Below, in pieces: positions 12,505-27,500 of a stretch of DNA of 64,000 nucleotides; within the stretch, counting starts at the first letter, position 1, and every line of letters begins with the position of its first letter. Source of the DNA: Perna viridis (taxonomy: Eukaryota); NCBI GenBank assembly GCA_037379345.1, contig CM074521.1, positions 24,204,704 through 24,268,703 of the forward strand, in the 5' to 3' direction. Both the position numbers and the translations under genes were made by a program. The notes beneath the pieces are model-generated. The model had not been told where the DNA came from, ran no database searches, and was given only the letters and a program-made list of their open reading frames with translations.

Positions 12505-15500
12505 CTAGAACAGAATAAAATTCGTTTTAGAAGCGTACGTATATTTGGCATAATAAAACGAAATATAAGCACACAAGTAGATAACAAGACTTTACATGGG
12601 AACATTCACAGAATACAAAAACATATGATGCAAATGTCGAAATGATGCACACGTGTTTCAAGGAGTAACCTCTTATCAGCAGCGTTTGAGAAAAAATAAT
12701 TATATCAACTAGACCTCACTCTAAAAATCAATTATATACAAGAAATACTTAAAAACACAGCAATCAAAATAGAAAGCCCACACCCATCATCGAAATGTTC
12801 TACCATGTGCAATACAAATAATGAAGCCCTAATGATTAAAGTATTTTCTAAATTTTGATATAGAAATTATTATTATTATATAGAAATAAATTCAAGCTCA
12901 TGTAATCAGTTTAAGATTTTCTATGTGCTTTTCCATTAGAAAAAATATTTAATACAGACTTCTTGAATATTGACTAACATATATACCGTGTCGCACACAT
13001 AACGCAGGATTTATGATTGCAAAATTAAAATCAAGGTTTTTGTTAGTTTACGTTAGATTTAGGCAAACGTTGAGTTAAATAGCTACGAAATTGTAAACCT
13101 CGTACTACTTCCATTTTAACTCATTATCAAAATATCTGGAATTCACAACAAAAACTTAAAAGTAAAAAGCAACAATAAAACATTCATATACAATTCGATT
13201 TAGAACCAATGATATTTTAATATATACCTGAATAAAATCTGGTTTGCCAGTTGACTCCATTCTGCTAGCAACATTGACGGTATTTCCCCAAATGTCGTAT
13301 TGAGGTTTCCTGGCACCAATTACTCCAGCAACTACGGGACCAACATTTACTCCTGTAAAAGATGACAAGACAATACAGAAAAATATCTAACTTTTTTGGG
13401 AACTACAGTCAAACCACATCAAATATATAACTAATCTTTATAAACTGATTGGCCTTTTCGGGACACTTGAATAGACCACGGGTGATTTTAAAGTTAAACA
13501 TATTCTTTATTTTCAACAAAATGCGACTATCTTGCGTAAATTGTACTCTTTAGTGTAATTTTCCACTATTATTAATGGAATAAAAACTAAGTTGGTTTCC
13601 CCTTATTTTGCCTACCCATAAAATATGTCCTATCCAAATAAATGTATAGCCATTTCCTACAAGATTTCTAAAAACAAAAATTCAAACTACCTTTTTTTAC
13701 TTCTTTGATCATGGTTTATATAAAATAAGATGAACTTTTGGGGGATAATACTTTCCCTACCTAACTACTCAAAGCCATAAGGTAGGGTCTGGTAAGGGGA
13801 AACAAACATTAATTTAAGAGTGGTCTAACATACAATTTTCGTATTTATTGATATAAAAGATACACCACACTTTAAATAAATAAGAACATAAAATTACCGA
13901 TTATAAATCCACTTATATTCAAATAATTGTTATTCCAGAATCACCAGATGTTTTAGTCTTATCCATGTGTGACACATCTCAAGATATGGACATTATTTGG
14001 TTGTAAAATAAGTTTGAAACATGAAGTGATTTACATACCGACTTTAAGGGCAAAACTATTATAAGAGTTCTCATTGATGACACGGAGTCTTTCTTTCATA
14101 GAAAATATAAATTCAACAAGTGTCTCCATGTAACTACTCATTGACGCTTCACTGTCAGCCTAAATAGAGAATAAAACATACAATTTTAGAGAATTGATTC
14201 TGTAAACAGCGTATTTAAAACAAATACCGTAGATTTTTTTCAAAACTTCCAATTTCCACAAACTGTTAGGTGCATACCAGGATGTGGGTTAAACAAAATA
14301 TTATATACATGTAGGCATATAAATCCGTAGTGCTATGTAGATACTAAAAGTGTTAGAAGATTAAATGAATAACACATCATGTTGCGAGCTACTGGTATAT
14401 TATTGTGCGTTCTAAATTTATCAAAAAAAATTGTGTAAATCGAATGATTTTAATTTTTTAAGATAATTGGATTTCTTTTAAAATAAATTCAAATGTGGGC
14501 AATCGTTTCAAGAGACATTTATATCTATAAATGATAAGCGATAAGCGACATATAATTTCTTTCCACGAATAAGAACACTGTGTAGGAGCGGAAAATGCTA
14601 CCTAAAACGAGCTGTTTTGACCCAACCTGAATTTTCATTTCTGGCATCAATCCAATGGCACCCATATATGTACTACCAATTGTTTTTATTTTGTCTACAG
14701 CTCGGAAACGAGGTTCGTTAAGGGCCTGTAATAAAAATTGAAATTTTTGCATGCATTAAAACGAAGCATATAAGAATATCAACATCTGGTTTCACTTGTG
14801 AGACATATTGTTTAACCAAATACAAAATAGTTGATGTTATGGTTACTCTAACAAAGGCAACTGCTTAATTTTGTTTTCTCAGATTGATAAAATGTTGAAA
14901 CAAAAGTTTAATTACAAACTATGAAACAGGGAAAAATTGCAATTCGAATATATCTACCTCATCAAAATCCACAATGATTTCATTCAATACCCGCATACAT
15001 TCAATGCCCTGGTTATTGGCATCAAGTTCCATGTAAAAATCAGAGAAGTTTGGAATGGAAGCAAAGAAAACTCCAACCTTGCTGTAATGCTGACTGTACA
15101 ATTCATCCTGTTAATGAATTATGAACACTTTTAAATACGTAGGATACAAATAAAATTTTGCTGTACCTAAGACTGTGTAGTTGTCACATTTGTCTATCTC
15201 ATTGAACAAGTCGCAGAGATCCATTTGAATTTATAGTACTTCATGTTATACCAAAAATTGCTAAATTAATCTCCTGTTACAATTACTAACTGGTATATAC
15301 AATGAACGGTTGAGTAATCCGGATTGTTCGAAAATCGTTGTCCATATATGTATGTGTGTGTGTGTGTGTGTGTGTGTGGTAATCACAAGAATGTAATCCA
15401 GGGACAAAGAACAGACATACACAACAAAGAAGCAACTAAAATCATACATACAAAGTAACAAAAGCAAATGAGCAACTCAGACTCCACTAAAAACTGGGAA

Positions 15501-18500
15501 CATGGACCAGGTGCACCGGTAAGGTAAGCGTCCTCTGCTTTTCTAGAAACAACCGCCGAGTTGCTCATAAAAAGTCAAGTCCGGGGTAGACAAACGAGGA
15601 AAGGAAAACTATGACCCGTTGAATAAATCAGTTTTCATGGTGCAGATGGATACACCATAACGATCCACGAGTTGATGATGACGACCATAAAACTTCTGTA
15701 GTGAAGATTTCAATCTTGTAACATACCCCTGTTCCAGAAGCCTATTTGTTTGAGGTCTAGCGTGATACAAAAAGTCTGTGTAGTTTCGGTAAGCTCTGGC
15801 ATAACGTATGAGTTGTAATATGAACACTCCATACGCAGGTGCCGAAGGGATGTTGCCATAGATGAAAGAAAAGTTGACAATTCTGAATGGAAAGTAACTG
15901 TACCTATGCACGATTTACATTGTAATACCAAAAGTCAAAAGCGCTATAATTGTAAAAGTGCTGATGTCACTGATCTGCAATAGTTTGATCATATCATTAT
16001 CATTAAAAACGCATTGAAAGTAGGAGACGTTCAGAGATAAAACGTAGTCATTTTGTGAACATTTTTATTGTATTATTGAAATCAGAGAAGATTATATTCA
16101 TAGATAACCAAATATTAACGCAATAAGATAATAACTAAGCATACTTTATCAAAATATTTTCGTTATAACAAACCGACATCCCAAAGTTATGGAAAGAAAG
16201 ACGTAGCAACGCCAGACATAAACGAGGATAAATCCGTTAATGATAGTAATACCATTGGCTTACCAAGTTGGATCTTGCTTGCAAATCAATAAAATGGGCT
16301 GCTACATGAGCTGGAAGCAGATTGCAAAGAATCTGTCTATTGTTTGTCTGTAGGTCTGTCATCTCGATTTTTTCCTGTGTTGCCTGACAAAATACATAAT
16401 ACCGTAGCGTATGTGTTGTAATGATATATACCAAAAAAGTATTAACTTTGTTTAAGTTTTATAGTTAGAAGAAACTTTATATGTAAATGATCATGGCATT
16501 TTAAAACAGGTGCATCAAACAGAATATAGTCCTTCCATCAAAAGTAAATCATGCGAAGGGAATTGTGCATGTTTCAAAACCATAACCACTAAAATGTATA
16601 ATTTACATGTAACATACTGCGGTTACATAAACATTCCTTTTTTCATCAAAACATGGCCTGAATAAGCACCTAAGTGCCAATGAGTCTTATCTAATCTGAC
16701 ACCGGTATCTTCCTCTAACCATTATATGTTATTCTCTGTAAATCTTACTGTTTACATTCACATCGGAAAATTAAAGGTGGAGGGTATAGATTATCATTCA
16801 GTCTCGACGGGATTACAAGATTCCTACACTGGAGATAAATAAATTTATCATTTCAACCCATGAGCTTCAGCGAGTGGGTTAAATCTAAATATTAAATATC
16901 GAGAATGGACAAATCTTGTAATCCCCGAGAACCTTAGAAGAGAATGTGAAATCCGTAGAAAACTCGGAAATGAAAAATGACTAGAAAAGTCTCACAGAAA
17001 TTTAATCGCTGCCGGGTAGTTAAAAATTCACGTGCATTTTTATTCACTGTCTTATAATTGGAGATTAACTCTTCTGATATAACATACCTGAGTTTTCCAG
17101 AGAAAATCTAACCTAGATGTCCACTCCTGTTGTCGCCCTTGAAGGTAGAGAGTTATTAGAAAAATAATGAGTACTACAGCGCCTGTAACGTGTGTTGGTA
17201 CGATGGGACTGAAATAAAAAGAACAATGAGCTGAAGTTTTACTGGCAACTTAATTTGTTATATTAAGTGAAGGATTACAATACATTGTCCGAACAATAAT
17301 GCAGATGAAGATTTTCCCTATAAATATAACTTTGTATGAGGTTCTCAAAATATCTGAACATTCTAATCGCAAGTAAGTAAATATTTAATAAATAAAAACA
17401 TAGAGAGAAAAAACAGAAACTACATGTAAATTGAAATCGATATAATTTTAGTTAATTTTAATTACTACGCTTATATTACAGTGAAATGCCAAGGAAGAGG
17501 CAATGACTAATTAAATATCCTTACTGGTATTTTATATCAAACTTGTTCAGCACAGCCACGTGAGTAATTTCCATAACAACGATGTACGCAGTCGCAATGA
17601 GAGCCATCAGAAGAACTTTGATACCAGCAGCTAACTTTAGGAATATAGAGGCGCATATGTACCCCATAATTCCACTGAGGTATATATATTGTGGAAACTT
17701 GCATTCTAAATGGTCGTCAGTTGAGGTGTAGGAAATACTGCCATTTGTTAAAGTCTTATAGAATGAGGAATCTTTACAGCAAAGCTAGAATGGGGAAAAA
17801 ACCAGTCATTAAAATTAAAGATTGTTTCAAGTTTTCAGTTTGTAAAATGCAAATGTTACTATAAAGAACATGTATTTACTTTTTTTCAAAGCTTCTGCAA
17901 TGTTAAATTATCATATTATTATAAATTTTTACTATCATAAAGGTATTTCAGAAATTTGTGTTGTAAATTCCGTATTGTCTTCCTATACCATTATAAAAAA
18001 CATTATAAAAGTCACTTCATTGAAGTACGTATTAATGTTTCCTTTTGATACTATGTAATGGTAGAAAAAAAGAGTTTAATAAGTAGGTACTAGGTATTTG
18101 TAGTATAGTTTTCATTCCCTGGATAAAATTGAAGTACATTTGATGTTTATATTTTCTTTCAATACTGATTACCCCTTTTTGCATTAACTACTTATAAGAG
18201 AAACATTTATTCATTCTGTGTCGACAGTTTTCAGTCATTGAAAGAAAGCAATGAACAGAATATTCAAAAACATGAGGTCATATCTACTTTCATTATAAAA
18301 ATATTCCTCCTTATCAAACTTAACAAAAGCAGCTCATTGGCTGTTACTCTCAGTACTGAAGGTGTTTCTGATTAGTGTAGTGATACAGGTTCAAAGATAA
18401 TTGCCACCTGACCGATTCTACTGCCGATACAGTTGTTCCATAATTTGACACTTGAAGGTAAAAAGTAACCAGAATAGATATTGGTTCTCGTATGTATTTC

Positions 18501-21500
18501 TGCCACGTTGTTGGAATGTCGAGTAAAATGATGATGCAGGTCCGAAACCGTGTTAAGTATCAAATTACAAATATAGTCAGAAGCTTTCTTATGCACCAGT
18601 TTATGAATCATAATAAGTTTATGATTCTTTCTACGATCTACGAGCTTTTCCCACCCTGTCTCAACGTATAATGTTGCTATAGAAGTTAGTTTAGTCCCAC
18701 CCGTTACTATTCGCAAGGCCTCGATTTGCACACTCTCAACTTTTTCAGACAAATGTTCTATATTGTTGTCCCAAATGGCGTCGCCTTATTCTATTAGTGG
18801 TCTAACGTACGAGAAATACATTTTTTTCGAGTGTAAATCTATCAAGAACTAATCTCAAGCGACGAAGTGAATTTACTGGGGTAAACGCTTTTCTGACAAT
18901 ATTGTCGATGTGATTATGCCACGATCCGTTATCTGAAAATATTATACCCAAATGCTTTTGGCTTGCCACTTCCGGTATGTCATGATCAGTCATCTTTAAT
19001 ACCGGATGTACCACTCATGTAGACCTACGCCAAATAAGCATCGTCTCGGTTTTCTGTGGATTACATTTAACCAGCCAAGTAGTTTCCCACTGGTGAATGT
19101 TCGCGAGGTCATTATTTAAGACACTCGCGGCAATAGCAGGTGAATCGACGGTTACGAAGAGGCTAGTATCGTCAGCAAATAACTTAATAGTTACATCTAT
19201 GTTTACAACGATGTCATTTATAAATATAATAAATGACAGACGTCCTACAATCGAACCTTGCGGTACGCCGGCATTTATGGGTGTTCATTCGGAGAGACCC
19301 CCATTCAACCAAACGCTTTGAGCTCCATGCACGTATGGATAGTACTTCTTTGAATACTCATTTATTTGCGCGAAATCTTGTCGATAACCCATATTCAACA
19401 TGCAGTCAATCTGAAACGTCAGCCCATTATCTTCTTCACTGCAACAAGTATGCAGCTATTCGCCAGACGTACATATTATCGTTAGATTTACCAATCCCGT
19501 TAACTCCAAAAATTTTGCTTCATGGATCAGATGCTCTGACTTTAGAGCAAAATATTTATATATTCACAAATGTGCAAAAGTATATAGTAGACAGTAAACG
19601 ATTTGTGAACACCTAACTATAATCAACTACTTATTAATGCATTTCATACCTTTTTTCCTTAACACTTTATTTTCTCCTCGCCACATATTATATCTTCAAC
19701 ATGTGAGCGTGCAATAGAACATATGTGCTAACCAAATTGCCATTCTTATAAGGAGACGGACTTAGTATAAGCTATGCTTGTTTCCGAATCCTTGTCTTAT
19801 TACTATTATGTCTTGTAATTTATTGTAATCAAACTATTTTTGAATAAAATATGTTTAAACTAAATATAATTGCCCTGGCAAAACATTTTCTTAAGACAGA
19901 GATTAGGGTCACGGAACAAATATTTGTGTCATTTAACATTTCTTCTTTTTTTTTGTTAACATTAATAATACTTTACTTACGACATTAATTTGTGCTGTAG
20001 CATAAATAAGGATGATAGTTGTGATCATGACAAACAATCGTAGTCCAGATGCCTTCCGAATGTCGAATGGAGCACACTGAAAACCAAATAACATTCAATA
20101 ATATATGATTAAATTTAAATTAAATTTGATACAAATTATATCGTTTCATAAAAGACACAAAAAATCAATTAATTTTTGTAAATTGTTTCAAATGCGTTCT
20201 CATGTCATGAGACGCTAATTTCTTTAGTAGTCTAGTACAAGCGTAATTACGGACCCAAGATACGACCGGAAATCAAAACATGTTCCGTTGACAAAAAAAC
20301 AGATATGGAAAACAGACACACACAACAACAAAAAAAACATGAAATAATCAAAATACCACACATAAAAACAACAGTAAACAAAGAACACGGACTACACTAA
20401 AAACTGGGAGCATGGACCAGGTCAACCGTTAGAGTAAACTTCCTGTGCTTTTCTTAAAACACCTGCCATAAAATGTCATGAACTTTCTTTACGTTAAAAA
20501 TGTTTTTAGGCTATTACTTAATGAAAATAAAAATATCATAACACTTAATCCTGTCTACAAAACATATTTTAAATAAATGCAAGAAAAACATATTAATATA
20601 TCTAAGAAATGGCTTGAAAGATGAAAGATTGACTTAAACAGATTCATATTACATTGAACCTGATATGAAACGAATTCAAAAGAGTATTTTTATAAAAAAA
20701 ATTTCCAGATTAAATAGTGCATAATATATAGGTTTCGTTGTATAATATATCAGATCGTCTTCATTTGAAAAGAATATTTCATACCATCCATACGTATGTG
20801 AGAAACATGAGATAGAAGATAAATTAAAAATATCAATCATGTATAAGTGCGCTTAATTATAATCAGACAAACATTCGTCACTATTCTGTCTTCACATCTA
20901 TCATTCTCATCATTTCAAAATTGTGATAAATATAACTGAAATGTGAATGAATGGTCACTTGAATCATTGGTTTCCCAAGTACAGGTCGACTGTAGTTCAG
21001 CTTAAAATACCACTTTGACAAAAATCAGTTCTACAAGTTATTATAAGCTTTTATATATAATGAGCATTAATCACAGAACTAATTCACAACACTAATCAAA
21101 AGAGCAATTATTGCCAGGGTTCGAGCGCAAAAATCATAAGAACGCAATGCAAGGATAAAAACCAGACGGGAAAAACACATACAGCTAAGAACACGAAACA
21201 ATCAACACAACACGTACAACGAAGCAAAAGTAAAAGAGCTACTTGGATTCCACCAACAAAATGGAAGCATACATCCAGTGACCCGGTAGGCTAGGCGTCC
21301 TCTGCTTTTCCAGGTACACCCGCCGGGCCCCTTATAAAATGTCAAATCTGTGTTTGACGTTAAAAAATCTACGTTTCCGAAAAATATATTTTGTTTAAGT
21401 TGTGGTACCGTCGAAAGGTTTTACGAATATCATTCATATATGAAATGGATTCCAAATAACATATTATCATAAATTCCTGTTAATTATAGTAAATCGGTTT

Positions 21501-24500
21501 ATAAGTATAGGATATGTTGGACGTACAAGATGTTAAAGATTTTCTGACAGAATTAAGAATATGCATGTCGATACCAGACAGATCATTTATTTAACATGCT
21601 CCCAGTTTTTAGTGGCGTCCGAGTTTACTTTTGTTACTTTGTATGTATGAATTTAGTTACTTTATGTTCTTTGTTGTGTATGTCTGTTTTCCATGTCTGG
21701 TCTTTGTCCCTGGATTACATTCTTTTGATTACCGCTACAACCTTGGTTCCCTTGATTATTCTTTAATCGGAAAGAATAAACTTGATCCTTACAATGTGAA
21801 AGAAAACGCAGATTTTTTTTCAGTATCACAAATAGACAACTCAGGATACAAGTTCAAAGTTCCATTACAAATCAACTAAACTATTAAAATGTCTAAAGTT
21901 TAGATTTTTTATGTCAAGTTCTTGTGCTTTCTATGTAATTTTTTCATTTGTACACGTTTAATCAATTATAAACCAACATTCACTCTAAAAAGAAAACATT
22001 AGAGAATGGAAAGGCTTGGCAAAACATGGGCACACTCTTAATGATACAAACTGGTAGAATCAAGAAAACAATTGGAAGAAGAAGAAATTAGTCATCTTCA
22101 TGACTTAGTACAGGCATCTCATAGTGAAATGGTGGGTTAAACCATGTGTATGTCCAACCATACGTCCCACTTCACAAGGAAATATTTACGCAACAAAAAA
22201 ATAGCAATGAAATGGATTTCAAACGTGCAGCACATTACAAAATACAGCTTTCAGGTGTCAGTATATTAGTACAGGCAATGTTGGATGTACAACATTCGGC
22301 AGATTATCTCACTGATTTAGGAGACACAAAGATAATTAAACTAAAGTACCTTGCTTTAGAGCACCATATCAGATACAAACCTTAAGTTTTACACTTAGCA
22401 GTAACATGAGTATTATTGAAATCCATACAAACGAGGCGAGGAATATCATCAATAATAACAAGGTCCTGTAACATACAACACAATGTATATCGATACACCA
22501 TATATTATATCTACTACATTTTTGTTTTATTTTTGTGCAGTAATATAAATCCATATTTTCCACATCATATTTGAATTGTTTACATCTTTCTATGATATCG
22601 ACATTATAATTTGACAACGCACATATAAGGTTTGAAATTGTATTCACATTGTAAGTACAATAACAACACAAATGTTGTTAAAATGGTTAAAATGTTAAAT
22701 GTTGTTTTTAGACAATTGTCGAAATCCAGGCAACCGTTTTGTCCTTAACAACGTTCTATGTGATACTAAACTTGATTTGTACCATTCAATATACCGTCAT
22801 TTTATATATCAGCAAGAAGCAAGAGTTCACTTTATAAATCTATATAGCAATGCTATTTAGTGAGGTGGCAACAGTTTCATGAATGGTTACATGTCTAACA
22901 GGAAACACGCCTACAGCAATAAACAGTGTGCATTTTATTTTGGAGCTTAAATCTTGGAAAAACCATTTGTCAATCAAAATTATAACAAACGAACATGAAT
23001 ATGGATTCCTTTTACTAAAGTTGGCCTCGATTTGTATTCACTACACATCACAAACCTTGGTAAAACCACTGTCTGCATACCAGCTGTACACAGTAACATT
23101 ATCAAGGAACATATCATACTGCTACTAAAGGCAAAGTCATCCGCTGCGTGATACTGTAAAACAATTGAAATAAACCTTTTTTTACGAATAGAAATATTAT
23201 AAAATCAACGGTGAAATTAAAACTTTAATAAAAATCTATTTCATATGCTCCCACGTGCTCGGTTGTCACAGAGTATATAGAGATAATACATTTAAAAGTA
23301 TATTCATATTTGCTACATGACTTCGTTAAATTTGGAATAACTAGAGAAACGTTCAAAGGGAAGAAACTCCAGTGCTACAATCGGCTAAACGTGATAAGAA
23401 AAAGTAGTTCTTACTCGAATCTCAACAAATGTATTTTGTTAGGTACTTTATTTCGTCTTTTAAAATTAAATCTATGTTATTTCTTACCCTGCTTTCTTTG
23501 GTAGAATCTTTAAACCTGAGGGTGAAGAAATTGACATGGTCTCTTTTTTCTCTGTCTACAACTCTCGCGGTCAAAGCTGAGGCAAGATATTTATTTACTC
23601 TGTCCTGCGGTTGTGGCTTATTTGCGTGTCTAAAAAACAAGTGTGGTTCTGAACTAAGGGTTTGAAGTGTGCTATTTATCTTCAAGCAAGTAACAGGGTT
23701 AAAGTCCAGGAATAAATTGTGTCTTGTTACTCGCAATGTTACTTGCTGTAACAGGTGGTCGAACATGGTTATCTTAAATGTGAAAAAGGGAAGAAGGCTT
23801 TGGATTTTGTAATGATGTAGAAGTCAAACAGTAAAATATAATACGAGATGGCTTACATCGTATCTGAGACCCTTTTACAGTACGTTTGGGTTATATTTGC
23901 AAACTAAATGATTACTATCACTTAGGCATTTAAAAAGGATGCAAAAATAAGATATTTATCACATATGCAAATAAACTCAAACAATGTTGCAAGTAGACAG
24001 TTGAAATAAGGACTTCTAAATATCTGTTTGATACTAATAGTTCCATTTCTACCACAACAGACCATATACCAAGCACATTAACGACTTGTTATTTCTTCCT
24101 GATTATCTGCATCCACAATTTTCATGACACTTAAGAATCAGTTGAAGGACAATATATTGTCTCTGTCAATCGATTCGTTTTACATTCTGAATGAACAAAA
24201 CGGTCAAGGCTAAAAATGATATATCACAACTAAGATGCCTTAAGCCACTGAGGTCTTGTAATGTGAAAGATTATTATATCAGCAGATGTTAGTGTATGAA
24301 ATTCTCATTTAGGTCTAACGTAACCAGTAGTAATGTTTGTTTTCTTCAATTCAAATCTATGTTCAGGAAGATCGTCTTCATTTGAAACGAACACGTGGTT
24401 GTAGTAAACATGTGATAACTTTGGGTCGTCCACTTGCAGGGCGTTTTATCAAATAAAATACCTCTATTTTGCATTCATTTTTGTCAAATATGTGCTTTTA

Positions 24501-27500
24501 TGTAGGCTTGATGGTACAAGATTTTCTATCTATTGTAGCTTTCAAGATAATGGCTTTAAACGTAAAAAATAACATCATGTTTCGCCTTTCAAGGACACCA
24601 ACTCTTACAAGATGTAGTCTTTCAACTTTGACACTTACAATTTTTGGACCAGTTTACATTGAATATGAACGCGTGGTATATAATATCAAAACTACATACT
24701 CTTAGGATGATTATGACTTAAAATTATCTTCACCAGAATTGTGGTGTCAAATATTTTTGAAAAAAAAGTTAACAGACGACGCACAAAAAGTAGTGGCAAA
24801 ACCTTACATGGACCTTTCAGGAATATATGAGGAATACTAGATATAGAAAAAGATGAAATATACAAAACGCAGTCTTTATAAGGAAATTAACAAGAGGTTT
24901 CCAGAAAATAACACAAACTTAGAAATCATCCTGTCTTCAGCTAAAGACATCTCAAGTGAGATGGTCACTACAGTTAAATACTGTACAAATGCAATACATT
25001 AGTAACAAAAATAATACGATTATTAACATCAAAACCGAAATTATGAAGAATGTAAGTGAAAATCATAATGATATATATTTTAAACAAATCATAAATTCTT
25101 GAATGCGTAGTTCGGTTACAAACAAGAATTTGAACCCACACTATAACTATTGATATGGACACTGTCGTAATTACAATATACATATTCATAAAATTCTTTA
25201 TATACGGCCTACACCTAATTAACAGATTGAAGCATATGAGAAAGTGTGGAAAATAACATATCATCCTAAAAGAACACAACACATAGTTATAGTGACAAAC
25301 TTATCGGGTAAAAAAACACAATTATTAGTGGTAGTGCACTATTTGGAATACAAACATATTCACCTAAGAATCATGCAGAGGATGATATTTTGAGTTGCTA
25401 ATATCTTTATTTGTCGAACCTTAGGTACAACACTAATTTTTATTCTTTTTATTGAACCTGTAATTAAGATGTACACAACCAAACTTTACTGGCCAAAGTA
25501 ATTCAAAAGTAACAAATAACTAATAAATGATTAATTATTTTTACATACGTCATACAGCTAAATGGGAGAGTCAAAGAATTCATAGCTCTCGCACACTAAA
25601 ATCTGGGAGCATATTTCATCCTATTTTCAGATCGTAAGTCCAGACAAAATATTTTAAAGATATAAATGGAAACCCAAAAAGTATATGTTACGTCAATACA
25701 CAAGATGAATTTTTGTAAATTAAAATTGACAATTGATGAGCAACTCGGCTAGAAAAGCAAAGGACGCTTAACCGCCCTATATACTAGGACTTTGCTCTCA
25801 GTTTTATGGATGTTTAGCGCTGTATAACCTGATTTAACCCACCATTTCGTTTGAAATGTCTGTACCAAGTCAGAACCATTGCACTACCAGGTGCTCCGGT
25901 GGAGCAAGATCTATTTTACCAGAATTATTTTGGAGTTGACTTGATTATGGATCAGGTTAGTGCTCGGTGTTGTTACCCTTATTTTTGTGAAATCCAGGTT
26001 GCTCATTTGTATCTTTGTACCTATTACTTTGATTATGTCAGGCTTTTTATTATGTGTGTCTAATTCCCTTGTCTAATCGTTGTCCTTGTATCACCGTTCA
26101 AATAGTGATTCCCTTGATTTCCTTTACTATAGTAGCATTACTAGGACAGCAATTACTTACATCACATCTACAGACGCTCGGGGTTTTATTAGTAATGAAG
26201 TTATGATAAATAATGTACAGTTACTACCCTCGATTACTTAGGATCATTATTTATAAAATAAAAAACATATATACCTTTCTTTAAAAGCTTTCCTCAGCTT
26301 GTCGGTAACTGAATATCCAAACTTTGTCTGCAAATAAATAACGTGAAGAGATAAGTAGCCAACATAATTAAGTTAAAAGTCAATTTAACACTTTGATGAA
26401 ATAAACGCAAAATGTGTCATGTTTTTACTTCATTTGTGTGGTAAAATGGTTGCTTGTGTACTTTTAGTCTCCTACAAGTATTTTGCGTCCTTTAATTTGA
26501 AAGGCTTCTCTGTTTCCGCTTTGGTTTTTTTCTGATGCATCTTGCAAATATTTATTTTGAATTTTGAATACACATCAAGTACTTGTTGTCCCTGATTTAA
26601 AATTCAATTAGTAGTCAGTACACAAAGGTGAAAACAACTTTAAATATGCATAAAATTGTACGTAATAAATGATTCATTACTCAAAATATTTGAAATATTT
26701 CAAAGAAATAATGATTTTCACTTTTAAAAGATGTCTAGTGACATTAAGGCGCAAAATGCAAAATGCATGCATACTTAAATTTTATTACTGGGGTTGTATT
26801 GTAAAAAAATATGTCAATTTATTTTGTTCTCTTTTTGTACAACATGCAAAATGTTCTAAAGCAGTTGATAACATAATTGAAGAGTTGTTTAATTCAATAA
26901 CTTGTACTCTTTGTTACACTTAGTATCGGTGCACTATGCAGGGAGGGAAAGTTAATATGGATAACGCATAACTCATTGCTAGGAAATAATCAATCAATTA
27001 TTTAGTTCATCTGCAAAGGAAAGACGACAAGAAGCATTTAAGATGACGACTGGCAACGACACAATCAAATTTGTAATCCATAATTCAATTTTTGGGACAT
27101 TTATGTTCATATAATCTATGTTCAAAAGGAAGTGGAAAATATTATTCCAATTGTAAATCACGTTCGTGTCAATATATATTCCGAATATGGTTTCAGAGGA
27201 TTGCCACGTTCAGAATAAAAATCAAAATTTTAGATATGAAAGGAAAGAAAGTTAAAGAATTAAACATAACATGTAACAAAGATAGGGAATTATATGAAAA
27301 ATAATGAACTCCAACATTTTCAAAGATATCTACTAAGATGTTGAAAATATACAAATCTATTCCACCAATGGCGACAAACACATTCTGTCAAGATAGACCT
27401 CCATTTTTTGCATGAACTGTTAGAATTTGTGCAACCAAAATAATTTCAGAAACTTGAAACGAAGCAAGTCACTTTACCATGACCTTTTCTAGCAGTATCC

